A program made the position numbers and the translations under genes. The notes beneath the pieces were generated by a model. That model was not told the DNA's origin and made no database searches. It was given only the letters and a program-made list of their open reading frames with translations. Positions 1 to 13,400 of a stretch of DNA of 64,000 nt are shown here, one piece after another. Positions within the stretch are counted from its first letter, which is position 1, and every line of letters starts with the position of its first letter. The stretch spans positions 434,001 to 498,000 of the forward strand of contig OZ251253.1 of assembly GCA_965240325.2 (NCBI GenBank), in the 5' to 3' direction. The DNA comes from Rebecca billardiae RCC1528. Taxonomy: Eukaryota > Protista > Haptophyta.

Positions 1-1386
1 GCGCGCACTGGGCACGCGCCGCCCCCTCGCCCCCCGGCCCTCGGCTCCCGCGCCTCTCACCACGCGCCGCGCCGCGCCGCCCCCTCGCTTGGTGCGCGCC
101 GCGCGCGCCGCGCCCCGGCCGCAGGCGAATTTCTGGACCGCGAATTCGACATTGTGCCCGCGGCCGGAGTCCTGCTGCCCAACTCGCAGGTGCCGATCCG
201 GCTCGAGCTGTGCTCCCGGAGCGCGGACCGGCGGTACGACACCTCGCTCGTCGTCGACGTCGACGCCGTCGGCACCGACCTCCTCAGCCTCCCGCTCAGC
301 GCGCAGTGCGTCGTCCCCAAGCTGAGCGCCTCGGGCGAGCGGCTGCAGTTTGGAGAGTGCTTCATACGGTACCCGTATACGCAGGCGTTCACGCTGCGCA
401 ACGGCACGGCGCTGCAGGCCAACTTTGAGACCGTCGAGCTCGAGGCGGCGTCGAGCACGATCGCCCTCGTGCAGATCCGCCCGGACCGGGGGCTGCTCGG
501 TACGCGCCGCCGTTGTGGAGCGCTCGGCGCCCCAACCCCGGAGGCGCGGCGGCGCGCGAGCGAGCTGCATGCCGCGCGCCGCGCGCCGCCGTGCCGCGGC
601 GGCTGCGGACGGGGCGGCGGGCGTGGCCCTCACCGCGGTAGCGAGCACGCGCGCGCGCACGCCTCACCCGCCGCGCGCCCGCCCCGCCCCCTCCGCGCCC
701 CTCCCCTCTGCCCCCCCGCTGCGCAGAGCCCGAGCAAGAGCTCACCGTCTCCGTCACGTTTACACCGCAGCGGCTCGGCCGGCTAGAGCTGCCGCTGCGC
801 ATGCGCGTGGTGGGCACGGAGGGGCCGCCGGCGGTGTCGGTGCTGCTGGTGGCCGAGTCGGTGGGCCCGACGATCGAGCTCTCCACGCACTCGCTCGAGT
901 TCGGCAAGACGCCCGTGCTGCAGGAGCGCTCGCAGCCGCTCGTCGTGACCAACACCTCGCTTATCCCGGCGCACCTCACGACCGCCGTGCGCAAACCCAA
1001 CTCGAACTTCAGGGTGGAGCCGACGACCGCGACGCTCGCGCCGGGCGCGGCCTTCACCTTCTCGGTCTCGGCGAACCTCGACGAGACGATCCGCTTCGCC
1101 GACGAGCTGTACGTCGGCGTCGCCGACTCGGACGAGCGCATGGTCAAGCTCTCCGCCTCCGGGACCGGCTCGACGATTTGGTGCGCGGACTCGCTCGAGC
1201 GCGTCGAGTTTGGGCCGTCGCTCACGGCCGCGGTGCTGATGCGCGAGCTCGTGCTGGAGAACAAGGGGCGGAAGCCGATGACGCTCACCTTCACCAACGT
1301 GACCGCGCGCGAGCTCGCCGAGCGCGCCAAGGCGTCGTCGCGCAAGCAGCGCCTCACCGGCGGCGGCGCGGGCGGCGGCGGCGCGG

Positions 1387-1429
<43 letters not shown>

Positions 1430-4400
1430 GGCGGACAAGGCCGCCGCCGCCGCCGCCGCGTCCGGGCTCACCACGACGGGCTTCGAGTGCTTCCGCGTCG
1501 TGCCGGAGCAGCTCACGATCGAGGCCAAGTCCGACGCGGTCATCTCCGTGCGCGGCCTCTCGACGACGCGCGTCGGCGCCATCGAGGAGGTGATGGCCTG
1601 CACGGCTAAGGGCCCGAGTGGCAAGGAGCGCTCGCTCTTCGACATCACCGTCGCCGCGACGTTCGCGCACCCGCTCGTGCGGCCCGAGCCCGCCGAGCTG
1701 CGCTTCGAGTACCTCTGGGCCGCGGACACGCCGCTCTCCTCCTCCACGCAGCCGCTGTCCCTCACTAACGTCTCCGAGCTGCCGCTCACGCTGTTGCTCA
1801 AGGCGCGGCCGCCGTTTGCGTGCGACCGCTCCGAGGTGCACCTGCCCGCGGGCGAGACGGCGACGGTGTCGGTGACGTGGGACCCGGGCTTCCGCGGCGA
1901 CCGGCAGTGCGAGCTCACCGACGCGAAGCTCGCCATCGCCTACCGCGAGCACCCGCAGCGGGACTCGGTCCGCCTCGTCGGCGACGCGCAGTTCCCGAAC
2001 CTCGCGCTGGACGCGCCGAGCGGCAAGCTCGACTTTGGCGCGGTGCTCAACGACATCTCGAAGAAGGCGCACGTGACGATGACGAACACCTCGCGCGTCG
2101 ACGTCTCGTACACGTGGTTCCACGACGAGGCGGCGGGCGAGCCCGCGCTCGGCGCGACGCTCACGTCCACCTCCGGCTCCGGCGCGCCCGGCGGCGGCGT
2201 CGCGGGCGGCGGCGGCGTCGCGCCGTTCAAGCGCACGCCGTCCGAGCGCTCGTTCGGCGGGCGCGCGCCGTCGGAGCGCTCGTACGCGTCCAAGCGCTCC
2301 GCCGTGCAGCCGCTCGTGCAGTCGGCCGCGCTCTTCGACGTGCTGCCGCTGCGGGGCGTCCTCCGGCCCGGTGCGCGCGCGCGCGCGCGCGCGCGCGCTC
2401 GGTGGCGCGGAGCGCGCGCGCGCTCACCGCTCGCTGCGCCGCGCACCTGCCCGCACGCCGCCGCGAAACCCCGCGTGCGCGCGCCCCGCCGCCGCCGCAG
2501 GCGAGTCGCAGCGCGTCGAGTTCACGTACCAGGGGCAGCTCAACCGGCGCGCGCGGTGCAACGTCGTGTGCACCGTGCAGGGCGGCCCTGAGTACTCGCT
2601 CACGCTCAGCGCCGAGTCGGCGGTGGTGCGCTACACGCTGGACAAGCACGACCTCGACCTGAGCGTCGTGCCGTACGACAAGGTGGACGAGAAGGAGCTG
2701 ACGCTGTCCAACGTGGGCAAGGTGCCGCTGGTGTGGTCGGTGCTCAAGGAGGCGCTCTCGCGCCCGTCGACGCTCGAGTGCCTCCCGTCATCCGGCAAGG
2801 TGCGCGCGGGTGAGACGGTGCGCATCACAGTGCTGTTCCTGCCCGGCGTTCCGGAAAAAGTCCGGGAGACGTTCCACCTGCAGGTGAACCACCTCGAGCC
2901 CACGCCGATCGTGATCTCGGCGGACTCGACGTACCCGCGCATCTCCACCACGCTGCCCCGCCTCGACTCGGACGTGACCAAGCAGTTCATGACGCAGGCG
3001 GTCGCCAACTACACTGCGCAGCAGTCGACGCGCGAGCGCGCGCCGAGCCCGAGCGCGCTGCTAGCAACACTCGGCTCGAGCGTCGGCGGCGGCGGCGGGC
3101 TGCGCGCGGAGCTCGGGCTGCCGTACGCTGCCGCGCCCAGCGTCACCGGCTCCGCCGCGCCCAGCGGCGCCGCGGGTGCCGCCAGCGTCGTCGGCACCGC
3201 GCCCGCGAGCCCGTCCGTGGCTGGAGGCGGCGGCGGCGGCGCGCGCTCCGAGGCGGGCGCGGGCGCGCGCTCGGAGGTGCGGACCGAGCGCTCGACGGCG
3301 CGGTCGATCTCCCGGCAGAACGCGGCGCGGCAGGCGGAGGAGGCGGCGCGGCGCGAGATCGAGGCGGAGGCCGAGCGCCTCGCGCTGCGCGAGACGCTGC
3401 TCCGCCTCTTCGACGAGCGCGCGGCGGCAAAGGCGGCGGCGGCCTCGGCCGCGGCGGCCGCGGCCGACGGCGACGCGGCGGCGGGCGGCGGCGGCGCGAG
3501 CGCGCCGGCCGGCCGGCCGGGCGGCGGGACGCCGCGCGCGAAGACGCCGCCGGCGTCGGGCGGCGCGCCGCCGCCCAGCGCGTCGGGCGCCGCCGTCACG
3601 CAGCCCGGCGGCGCGCTCGGCGCCGTCTCCAAGGCGCTGCAGGCGCAGCTGCCGGACCTCCGCGCCGCCGAGTACGCAGCGTCTTCCTACGTGTGCGACT
3701 TTGGCAACGTGATCCGCGGCACGTCGAAGAAGAAGACGTTCCGCGTGCGCAACGCGGGTGCGCGCGCGTTGCGTGCGCGTGTGCGTGCCGCGTGCGCGCA
3801 ACCGCCCCGCACGCCGCACGCCCTGACGCCCGCCCGCGCGCCGCGCCACGCTCCGCCGCCCGCAGGCTACTTTGCCGTCTCGTTCGACGTCGACAAGGCG
3901 GCGCTCGCCGCGCACGGCTTCGCCTTCGAGCCGTCCAAGGTGGTCAAGCTGCCCGGGCTGCCGGAGCCCGAGGAGGTCGAGTTCGTCGTCTCGTTCGCCG
4001 CGACCAAGGCGGGTCACCACGGCCTCGTGCGCCACCGGCTGCTGCTCGACATCAAGAACGGCGCGCCCGTCGCACTCATCTTCCGCGCCAACGTGACTGT
4101 GCCCGAGATCGCGATCTCGCTGGACGCGTACGACTTTGGGCTGGTGCAGGTGGGGCAGCAGGGGCAGCTCACCGTGCAGCTGCACAACAAGAACGTCGTC
4201 GCGGCCGACTGGCAGATCAAGCCGCCGCTCGAGGGCGCGGAGGACTGGGCGTTCTTTACGGCGGACCCGCCGTCGGCGCGGCTCGAGCCGCGGCGCAAGC
4301 AGAACGTCACGCTCAAGTTCACGCCGTCCGCCGCGCGCGCGTACGCGCTCAAGCTGCCGTTCAAGGTGAACAACAACCCGCGGCCGTCGGTCGTCAGCCT

Positions 4401-7400
4401 GCGCGGCCGCGGGCAGGCGCTCCGCCTCGAGGCGACGCCGCCGGCGTTCGAGCTGCCGCCCGCGCTGCCGCACGCGAGCGGCGAGGGGTGCATGGCGGTG
4501 CTCACCCTCACCAACCCCACCGATATCCCCGCGGAGGTGTACTGCACGCAGTTCGACGCGCAGTACCTGGCGGAGGAGGCGGTGCTGCGAGACGCCGACG
4601 GGTACGGCACCGACGGGTACCTCGCGCTCAGGCCGCGCGCGCCGGGCGCGCCGTTCTGGGAGGAGGTGGAGGCGGCGGCGGAGGAGCGTGCGAAGCGCGA
4701 GGCGGCGGAGTCGGCGGCCGCGGCCGCGGCGGCGAGCGCGAACGCGCCCGCGGCGGAGGCGGGCGTGGGCGAGCTGGTCGAGGGCGGCGGCGCGCTCGCC
4801 GCCGCGCCCGCCGCCGCCGCGCTCGCCGCCGCCGCCGCCGCCGAGGCCGCCGCCGCTGTCTGCCCCAAGTACCTGGTCGCGCTCGTCGGCGCGCCGATGT
4901 CGGGCGCGCCCGAGCTCGCGCGCGCGCTCGCCGCGCGCTACGACGCGCCGCTGCTCGTGCTCGACGCGCTCGTCGCGGACGTGGCGTCGCGGCGCGACGC
5001 GCTCGCAGACGAGGTGCTCGCGCTGCAGCCCGGCCTCGCGCCGCCGCCCGAGCAGCCCTCGCTCGTCGTCACGGCCGAGGAGGAGGGCGGCGGCGCGGAG
5101 GGCGGCGGCGCGGGCGGCGGCGCCGACGGCGGCGGCGGTACTGCCGCCGCACTCGCCGCCCCCGCCGAGGCGCCGCCGCCGGGCAGGCCGCTGCCGCGCG
5201 AGCTGCTGGCGCGCGTGATCAAGGCCGCGCTCTGCGCCGAGCCCGTGTGCCGCGCGCCCGTCGCCTTCCTCGCCGGCCTCGGCTGCAAGTACGTCGACCC
5301 TGCGCGGCCGCTCGACGTCGCAGCTGCGTGGGCCGATGGCTGCCGCGCCGCGATCGCCGACGCCGTCGTCGCGGAGCAGAACGCGGCGCAGCTCGCCGCG
5401 GCGGCGGCGGCGGGCGGCGGCGCGGGCGGGACGGGTGGCGCGGGTGCGGCTGCGTCAACGCTCGGCTCCGCCGCGACCAGCACGGTCGGCGGCGGCACGT
5501 CGGCGGCGCAGCAGGCCGCGGCGGTGCAGGAGGCGGCGCGCGCGGCCCAGCGCGAGTGGCAGGCGCGGTACCGCGTGCTCGAGTGCGCGATCGACGCGCC
5601 CGAGCTCGAGGCGAGGCTGGGCGCGCAGCTCGAAGCGACGGTCTCGGCGCTCCCGCTCCCGCCGCCGTTCGCGGAAGTCTCCGAGCCCGAGTACAACTCG
5701 TGGGCGCAGCAGCGCATCGACGCATACGAGGATGAGAGGCGCGCGCACAAGTCGGCGGTGCGCGCGGTGCAGCGCGAGCGCGCGGCCGCGGCCGAGGAGC
5801 ACGCGGCGTTCGCGGTGGGCGCGCGGAAGGAGTGGCGCGCGTGGGTGCGCCGCGCCGCCGAGCTGGGCAAGGCGCTCAGCGGCGAGCCGCTGCAGGAGGA
5901 CGCGCCGCCGCCCAAGAAGGGCGGCGGCGCGGCGGCGGGCGGCGGCGCCGGCGGCAAGGGCGGCGGCGCCGCGGGCGGCAAGAGAGGCGGCGCCGCGAAA
6001 GAGGCGGCACCGCCGCCATCGGAGGAGGAGCTGCCCGCGCCGTTCACTCCCGTCTTTGAGCTCGAGCCGCCGCCGCCGCCGGCCGAGGGCGCGCCGGCCG
6101 ACGCGGAGGGCGGCGCGCCCGCGGCGGCCGCGCCGCCAGTCGCAGAGGCGGAGGCGGCGGCGGTGCTCGCGGCGGCGCCGGCCGCGCCGCCGCCGCCGCC
6201 GCCGACCAAGGCGTCGCTGCGCGCCGAGCGGCACGGCACGGACGGCGCTGGCGCCGCGGCGTTCGCCGAGCGCGTGGGCGACACCTTCCTGGCGGAGCTC
6301 GAGGTGCCCACCACCGAGGTGCGCACCCGGCTGCACGCGCGCGTACCCTCACCCTCACCCGAGCCCCAGCCCCTAGCCAGGGCGCGCGTGCGCACGCGCG
6401 CGTGCGCACGCGCGACAGACTGACTGCGCTGCGCGTGCCGCGCGCGCGGCGCACGCGCTCGCCCGGCGTGCTGCGCGCTCCGCAAACGCCCACGCTCACG
6501 CTCACGCGCTCGCGCCCGCCCGCCCGCCCGCCCGCCCGCGCTCGCTCACCGCTCTCGCCCCCCGCCCTTGCGCAGGAGCCAGTCGAGATCCCGCCGCCGC
6601 GCACCGTGCAGCTGGTTCGCAGGCCCAAGCCGAGGCCGTCCGCGCGCACCAACGAGCGGTTTTGGATTGCCAGCGCGCCGCCGCCCGCCGCCGCGCCGGC
6701 GGCGGAGGGCGCGCCCGCGGCGGCCGGCGGCGCGGGGGCGACGACGGCGGTGGGGGCGGCGGGCGCGCCGCCGAGCGGCGCGGCCGCCGCGGCGTCTGGC
6801 GAGCTCGTGGAGGGCGCGGCCGCCGCGGCGAGCCGGCCGTCCCGGCTCATCCTCGGGCCGCGCCAGTCGGTTCCGATCGCGCTGCACTTTGCGTCCGCGC
6901 AGCTCGGCACGTTCCACCAGTCGCTCACGTTCGAGGTGGCGGGGTTCGTGGGCGTGGTGCCGCCGGTGAGCGTGACCGGCACGGCGGTGTGCGCGCTGCC
7001 TCACATCTCCTCCGAGCCGCGCAGCGTCTTCCACCGCAAGGTGCGCTCGAAGCACCCGATGGCCGTGCGGCGGCAGTGGGTGTCGGCGCGAAACCGCTTC
7101 GAGTACGGGCCGCTGCTCACCGAGGTGGCGGCGGAGCGCGCGGACGGGTACGCGGCGAGCGACTGCTCCGAGCAGTTCCACATCACGAACAACGGCCTCT
7201 TCGACGCCACCGTCTCCTTCTCCTTCCTCAAGGCCGGCGTGGGCGAGTTCGCGCCGCCGCCCCCCTTTGAGGACGGCGGCGTTGACCCGTCGGCGGCGAC
7301 GCCCGCGGACGACAAGGGCGGCAAGAAGGGGGGGCGGAACGAGGGGGTGCGCAAGTCGATTGGCGGCGGCGACTCGCGGCCGCGCTCGTCCGACGGCTAC

Positions 7401-10400
7401 GAGGGCCCGCAGCCCACCGGCGTGCCCGTCTTCACCGTCGAGCCAAAGTCGCTCAGGCTCGGCCGCGACGAGACCGCCGACATCACCGTGACCGCGCGGC
7501 CGGAGGTTCCCGGAAACTTCGCCGACGTGCTCGTCGCGACGATCCAGGGCAACCCGACGCCGGTGACGTTCGCGGTCTCGGCGATCGGCACGTGGCCGCG
7601 CGCCGCGCTCTCCGCCCCCGCGCTCGAGTTCGAGCGCATCCTCGTCGGACGCTCCGACACGCGCCGCACGACGCTCATCTCGCGCTCGGCGCTGCCGATC
7701 TCGTGGTCGCTGGCGGAGGGCGAGCTCGAGCGGCTGGCGCGCGAGGGGACGGTGCCCGGCGCCGCGCCGCCGCCGCCGCCGCCGCCGAGCGGGAAGGGCG
7801 CGAAGGGGAAGGGCGCGGAGAAGGCGCCCGACCCCGCCGCAGCCGCCGCAGCCGCCGCGCCCGCCTCGTCCGAGCCGCCGCCGCCGCAGCTCCCGGACTT
7901 TGTGATCACGCCCACCTCCGGCACGCTCGAGCCGTTCGGCACGGCGGAGCTCTCGGTCACGTTCCGCGCGCGCGCGAACGCCAAGCCTTCGACGGTGGTG
8001 ACGCTGGATGTGCAGGACGCGTCGGGGCTGTGCGGCGTGCGCCAGCGGCTGCCCATCTCCTTCTCCGCCGAGGGGTACTCCGTCGACCTCGCCCCCGTCT
8101 TTGGCGGCGGCGAGGATGGCGCGTACGATGGCCTCGACTTTGGCACGTTCCGCGTCGTCGACGAGCGCAAGGCCACGTTCGAGATTGCGAACACGGGCGG
8201 GTACGAGGTTGGGTACGACGTGCGCTTCAAGCGGCGCGCGCTCGCGAGCGTGCTCCAGATCGCGCAGATCGTGCCGCCGCCGCCCGACGACGGCGGCCCC
8301 GCGCTCATCCCGCCCGGCGGGCGCGTGACGCTCGAGGGGGTCTTCAAGTGCGAATCCGAGATTGCAATCACGGACGCGATGGACGTGCGCGTGCACTTCG
8401 CCGAGCCGCTGACCGGGGAGGCCCTCTCGGACCTGACGCTGCCGATCCGCGTGCGCGCGCGCTCGGTCTTCTCCAAGTACGCCCTCGTCCCGTCGCGCGG
8501 CGTCTCCTTCGGCCCGCTCTTCGTCAAGACAGAGCGCACGCGCACGTTCGAGCTGTCCAACGCGGGCGAGTTCGAATTCTCGTTTGCGATCCGCGGCGTG
8601 GGTGCGGACGACGACACGCCGCGCACGGCGGCGGCGGCGGGGCGCCGCCCGTCCAAGACGGCGGCGCGCTCCGAGCCCACCATCTCGGGCGACACGCTCA
8701 CCGTCGGCCCGTTCACCGTCACGCCGTGCGCGGGCAAGCTCGAGTCGGGCGCGTCGCAGACCGTGACGGTCAAGTTTGTCGCGCCCGCGCACGCCGCGAG
8801 CTTCGTCGAGGCGCTCACGGTGGACGTGAGCGAGCGCGACCCGTCGGACGCGCCGGGCGGGTACCGCTTCGAGCTGGTCGGCGAGTCGTGCATCCCCGGC
8901 ATCGCCACCTCCAACTGGGCCGAGATCTTCGAGGAGCAGGCCGTCGTGCGCGAGCTCGAGCTCGGCGCGGACTCCGTCCGGCGTAACGTGTTCGCGTCCG
9001 CGCCGCGCGTCTTCTCGTTCGGCTCGCACGCGGTCGGCGCGGACGTGGCCGAGCGGATCCGGATCACGAACCCGATCAAGGTGACCGCGCGCGTCAACCT
9101 CGCTGTCAAGCCGCACGCCTCAGGTGGCGGCGGCGCCACGGGCGGCGGCGGCGGCGGCGCCGCCGCCAAGAAGGACGCGGCGGGCGCGGCCGCGGCCGCC
9201 TCCTTGCTGCCGTTTGATGTCGAACCAAAGCAGCTGGTCATCCCGCCGCATGAGCACCGGTACGCGACGCTGTACTTTGCGCCGCGCGCGATGCAGCCGG
9301 CGCGCGCCGACTTCGAGGCGACGGTGGAGGACGGTACGGACCCCGCGACCAACAAGCTCGCCTTCGAGCTCTTCGCCGAGGGGACTCTGCCGCACGTGAC
9401 GGTGGTGGCGCCGACGGCGCGCGACGACGACGGCGCGCCGGCGCTCACGTTCGCGCGCGCGCTCGTGGGCAAGCGCTCGGTGAAGCCGATCCGCGTGCGG
9501 AACGACGGGGTGTTGCCGGCGCAGGTGCGCGTCTTGCTCAAGTCCGGCGCGCCGCACTTCGGCCTGCAGCCGCCGCTCGCCGCCTTCACCGTCGTGCCGC
9601 GCGGCGAGGAGGCGGTGGAGGTCGAGTTCGCGCCGACCGAGGCGGCCGACGAGCTGCGCGGCGCCGTGCTCATCTCGGTGAACGGCAACTCGTTTGAGGA
9701 GCATGTCGTCTCGCTCGGCGCGTCGGCGTACGCGGCGGACGTCGCGTTCGACGACCTGCCGGACGGCGAGAGCTTCCCCGACGGCCTCGGCTTCGGCGAC
9801 GTCGCCGTCGGCGAGCGGCGCGAGCTGTCCTTCACACTCGCAAACTTCACGCGCGAGCACCGCCGCTTCGCGTTCAAGCCGCCGCTCGCGCCGCCGGCGG
9901 ATGGGAGCGTGGGCGGCGCGGCGCTGCGCGCAGTGACCTTCTCGCCCGAGCTCGGCCACCTCCCGCCGGGCGGGCGCAAGCGCATCGTCGCCACGTTCAG
10001 CTCGGACGAGCCAGTCCGACTGAGCGAGCTCGAGGCGCGCTGCGTGCTGCACGCAATCGCGCTCGGCGGCGGCGGCGGCGGCGGCGGCGCGATCTCGGAG
10101 TGGGACTCGTCGATGTACACGGTGCGCTTCGTGCCGCGCGAGGAGGTGGAGGCGGCGATGGAGGCGCACGCGGCCGCGCTCGCCGCCGCCGCCGCCGCGC
10201 CCGCCGCCGCGCCCGCCGCGGCGGCGGACGCGGCCGCGGCGGGCGCCGCCGCGCCTGCGGAGCGGCCACCGCCGCCGCCGCCGCCTCCGTTCATCCTCGC
10301 GCCGGACCAGCCCGCCGGCGACGGCCCGCGCAAGGTGCGCGAGCGTGTGCCCGAGCCGGCGTTCGCCTACACCGCCGACGCCGCGCCCGCGAGCGCCGCC

Positions 10401-13400
10401 GCGCCCACCGTCGCCGCGCCCGGCGGCGGGCCCGCCGCCGCCGCCGGCGGGACGCCCAAGGCGGACGGGCGGCTCGGCAGCGCGTCCTCCCAGCGCTCCG
10501 CCTCGCGCCGCGGCTCGGCGAAGCCGGGGGCGAAGCAGACACCCGCCGAGGCGGCGGCGGCCGCGGCTGCCGCCGCCGCGGCCGCGGCCGCGGCCGCCGC
10601 CGACGCGGGTCCGGGCGTGCCCGCCCCGTCGGAGGTGCTCCCTCTCAAGCTGTCCGGGCTGGCGGAGTACTGCAGGTACGAGTGCGCCGCGCAGGAGGTG
10701 CGCTTCAAGCACACGGCCATGTTCCAGACGCGCTCGCACGCGTTCGAGCTGCGCAACGCGGGCGAGGTGCGTATGCCGTACCGCTGGCACGTGCGCGCGC
10801 CCGGCGGCGCGCCCGGCTCGCCCGGCCCCGAGGCCGGCGCGCCGGGCGGCGGTGTGTACACTGTCACGCCCGCGGCGGGCACGCTCGCGCCGGGCGAGGC
10901 CGTGAGCGTCACCATCGCCTTCTCGCCGGTGGAGGTGGAGGACTACGCGCGCGAGCTGGCGTGCGAGATCGAGAATCTGCCGCCGGCGGGCGAGCCGCTC
11001 GTGCTGCCCCTCTCCGGCGTCGCCATGCGTCCGTACTGCCACTTCGAGCTCCCGGAGTCCGACTACCTGAGCGGCGGGCGCCGGCCGTCCGCGCACGTGT
11101 CTGTGCTGCCGCCCGACACGCGCGTGCTCGAGTTCGAGAGCCTGGGCGTGCGCGTGCGCAACACGAAGCGGTTCTACATGGTGAACCCGACGTCGATCGA
11201 CTACGACTTCTCGTGGGAGCGCGAGCTGGCGGAGGGCGAGAGCGCCGGCGGCGGCTCGGCCGTGCAGTCGCCGTTCAACCTGCACACGGTGCGCGGCTCC
11301 ATCCTCGCGGGCAAGAAGGCGGAGATGGTGATCGAGTTCACGCCGGACTCGGTCGATCCGGTGGAGGAGCGCTGGCGGTTCCGGATCCGCTCGGCGGGCA
11401 TCAACCTGCCCGTACTGCTCGCCGGCTCGATGCGCGAGCCGCGCCTGGCCTTCGACCGCACGCGCCACCAATTCGGGCCGCTGCTGCTCGGCCAGCGCTC
11501 GCGCGAGGTCGTGCAGCTGGTCAACTCCGAGCACGTGCCGTTCGCCTTCGCGTTCGACCCGAAGTCGTTCAAGTCGGCGGGGACGGGCGAGGGGCAGATC
11601 GTCGCGGTCGAGCCCGAGTCGGGCGTGGTGCCCGCCTCCGCCTCGCTCGGCGTCACTGTCCTCTTCGCGCCCGCCGCCGAGAAGGGTTACAACTACAACC
11701 TGGTGTGTGTCGTCAAGAAGAAGCCGACGCCGCTCACGCTCAACGTGAAGGGCGAGGGGACGGCGATCCACGACGAGGTGGCGCTGCTCGACGGGGAGCG
11801 GCACCTGCAGATCGCGCCGGGCGCGGGGCAGCACAACCCGTGCGCGTTCGGCGCCGTGCACATCAACCAGAAGCAGGCGCGCCAGCTCGTGGTCTCCAAC
11901 GGTGGCCGCTTCAACTTTGACGTCTCCTGGGAGCTGCAGGTGCCGGGCGGCGGCGTGCCGCCGCCCTCGGTGGCGATCACGCCGGCGTTCGCCGTGGCGA
12001 AGCGCGGGGAGAAGACGGCGTTCGAGCTGGCGTACAAGCCGGTGCGGGACGCGCCGCTGCCGCCTGGCCTGCTCGCCGTGTGCACCGTGACCAACGGCCG
12101 GCGCTTCGAGATTGCAATCTCGGGCGAGGGCCGCACGCCGCTCGTGCGCTTCTCGTCGCTCGAGCTGGAGTTCGGCGCGGCGTTCCTGCACGCGCGCGGC
12201 ATGCCGGTGGAGCAGCGCACGGTGGTGGTGAGCAACGACGACGCGGTGGAGCATTACGTCGAGCTCGACTGGGAGCGCCGACAGTTCACCTCCGAGCCCG
12301 CGCCAGGCGCCGGCGCCGGCCCGGAGCCGGAGGAGTTGGGAGCGCTGGAGGAGCCGTTCGAGGTCGAGATGGCGCCGGGCGTGCTGCAGCCGGGCGAGCG
12401 GCGCGAGATCGTGATCTCGTTCAAGCCGCGCGCGCTGATGGTGCGCTGCGCCGCGCCGCGCCGCGCCGCGCCGCGCCGATGCGCCCATGCGCGCCGCGCA
12501 CGCGCACGCGCTCACGCGCGCGTGCGCACCGCCGTGGGCGCCGGCCTCTCTGCGCGCGCGCAGCTGCACACCCTCGTGGTGCCCGTGGCGATGAACGGCC
12601 TGTACTCGGTGCCGCTGCGGCTGAGCGGCGAGGGCTGCGAGCTGCGCTGCGAGCTCGCCTCCTCCGCCATGCAGCAGCTGCACATGGGCACGCTGCACGT
12701 CGGCGAGGAGGCGCGCAAAACCGTTACGCTCGTGAACAGGTCGCGCCGCGCTGTCGAGCTCGACCTGCGCGAGGCGGCGGAGACGCTCGCGTCGTCGCAG
12801 GTGGAGCTGGTGCTCTCGAAGAACGCGGGCGGCGCCGCGCCGCTGGCGATGCTCAAGCCGCGCGAGGCGCTCGAGATCACCTTCGCCTTCCGACCAACCC
12901 GGCGCGTGCACCCGTTTGCCATGGAATTGTTCGCTGTGCTGAGCGCGCGGCCGCGCGCGCTTCTCATGCTGCACGGCGCGTGCCAGGCGATGGAGGTGCG
13001 GCTGGAGACGGAGGCGGTGCCGTTCGGCCCGGTGGTGCTGCACTCGCGCGCGACGCGCAAGCTCAACCTGCAGAACAACGGCGACATCGGCACGCGCTTC
13101 CAGTGGGACGAGTCCGGCTTTGGCGAGCACTTTGGCATCAGCCCGACTAGCGGTGCGCGCGCGCGCGCTCGCCCCTGCGCGCGCGCGCGCCCGCCCCTGC
13201 GCGCGCGCGCACTCGCCTCTGCGCGCCCGCCCCGCCCCTTCGCGCGCCGAGCCAGCCATGTGTCCGCGCGGGCCTCTGCGCGAGCGCAGCCAGCCAGCCG
13301 CTCGCGCGGGCGCAGCCATCCGCCCGCGCGGGCGCGGGCGTGCTGCGTGCCGCCGCCCTGCCCGCACCCGCGCGCCCGGTGCGCACGCGCGCGCACGCGC

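Noticed and set aside
9120-13367. Very long antisense and alternate-frame ORFs (e.g. 1415 aa, 978 aa) over HYDIN and other genes
   Set aside because: Arg/Ala/Gly-rich shadow ORFs, expected where high GC makes stops rare; no domain motifs.
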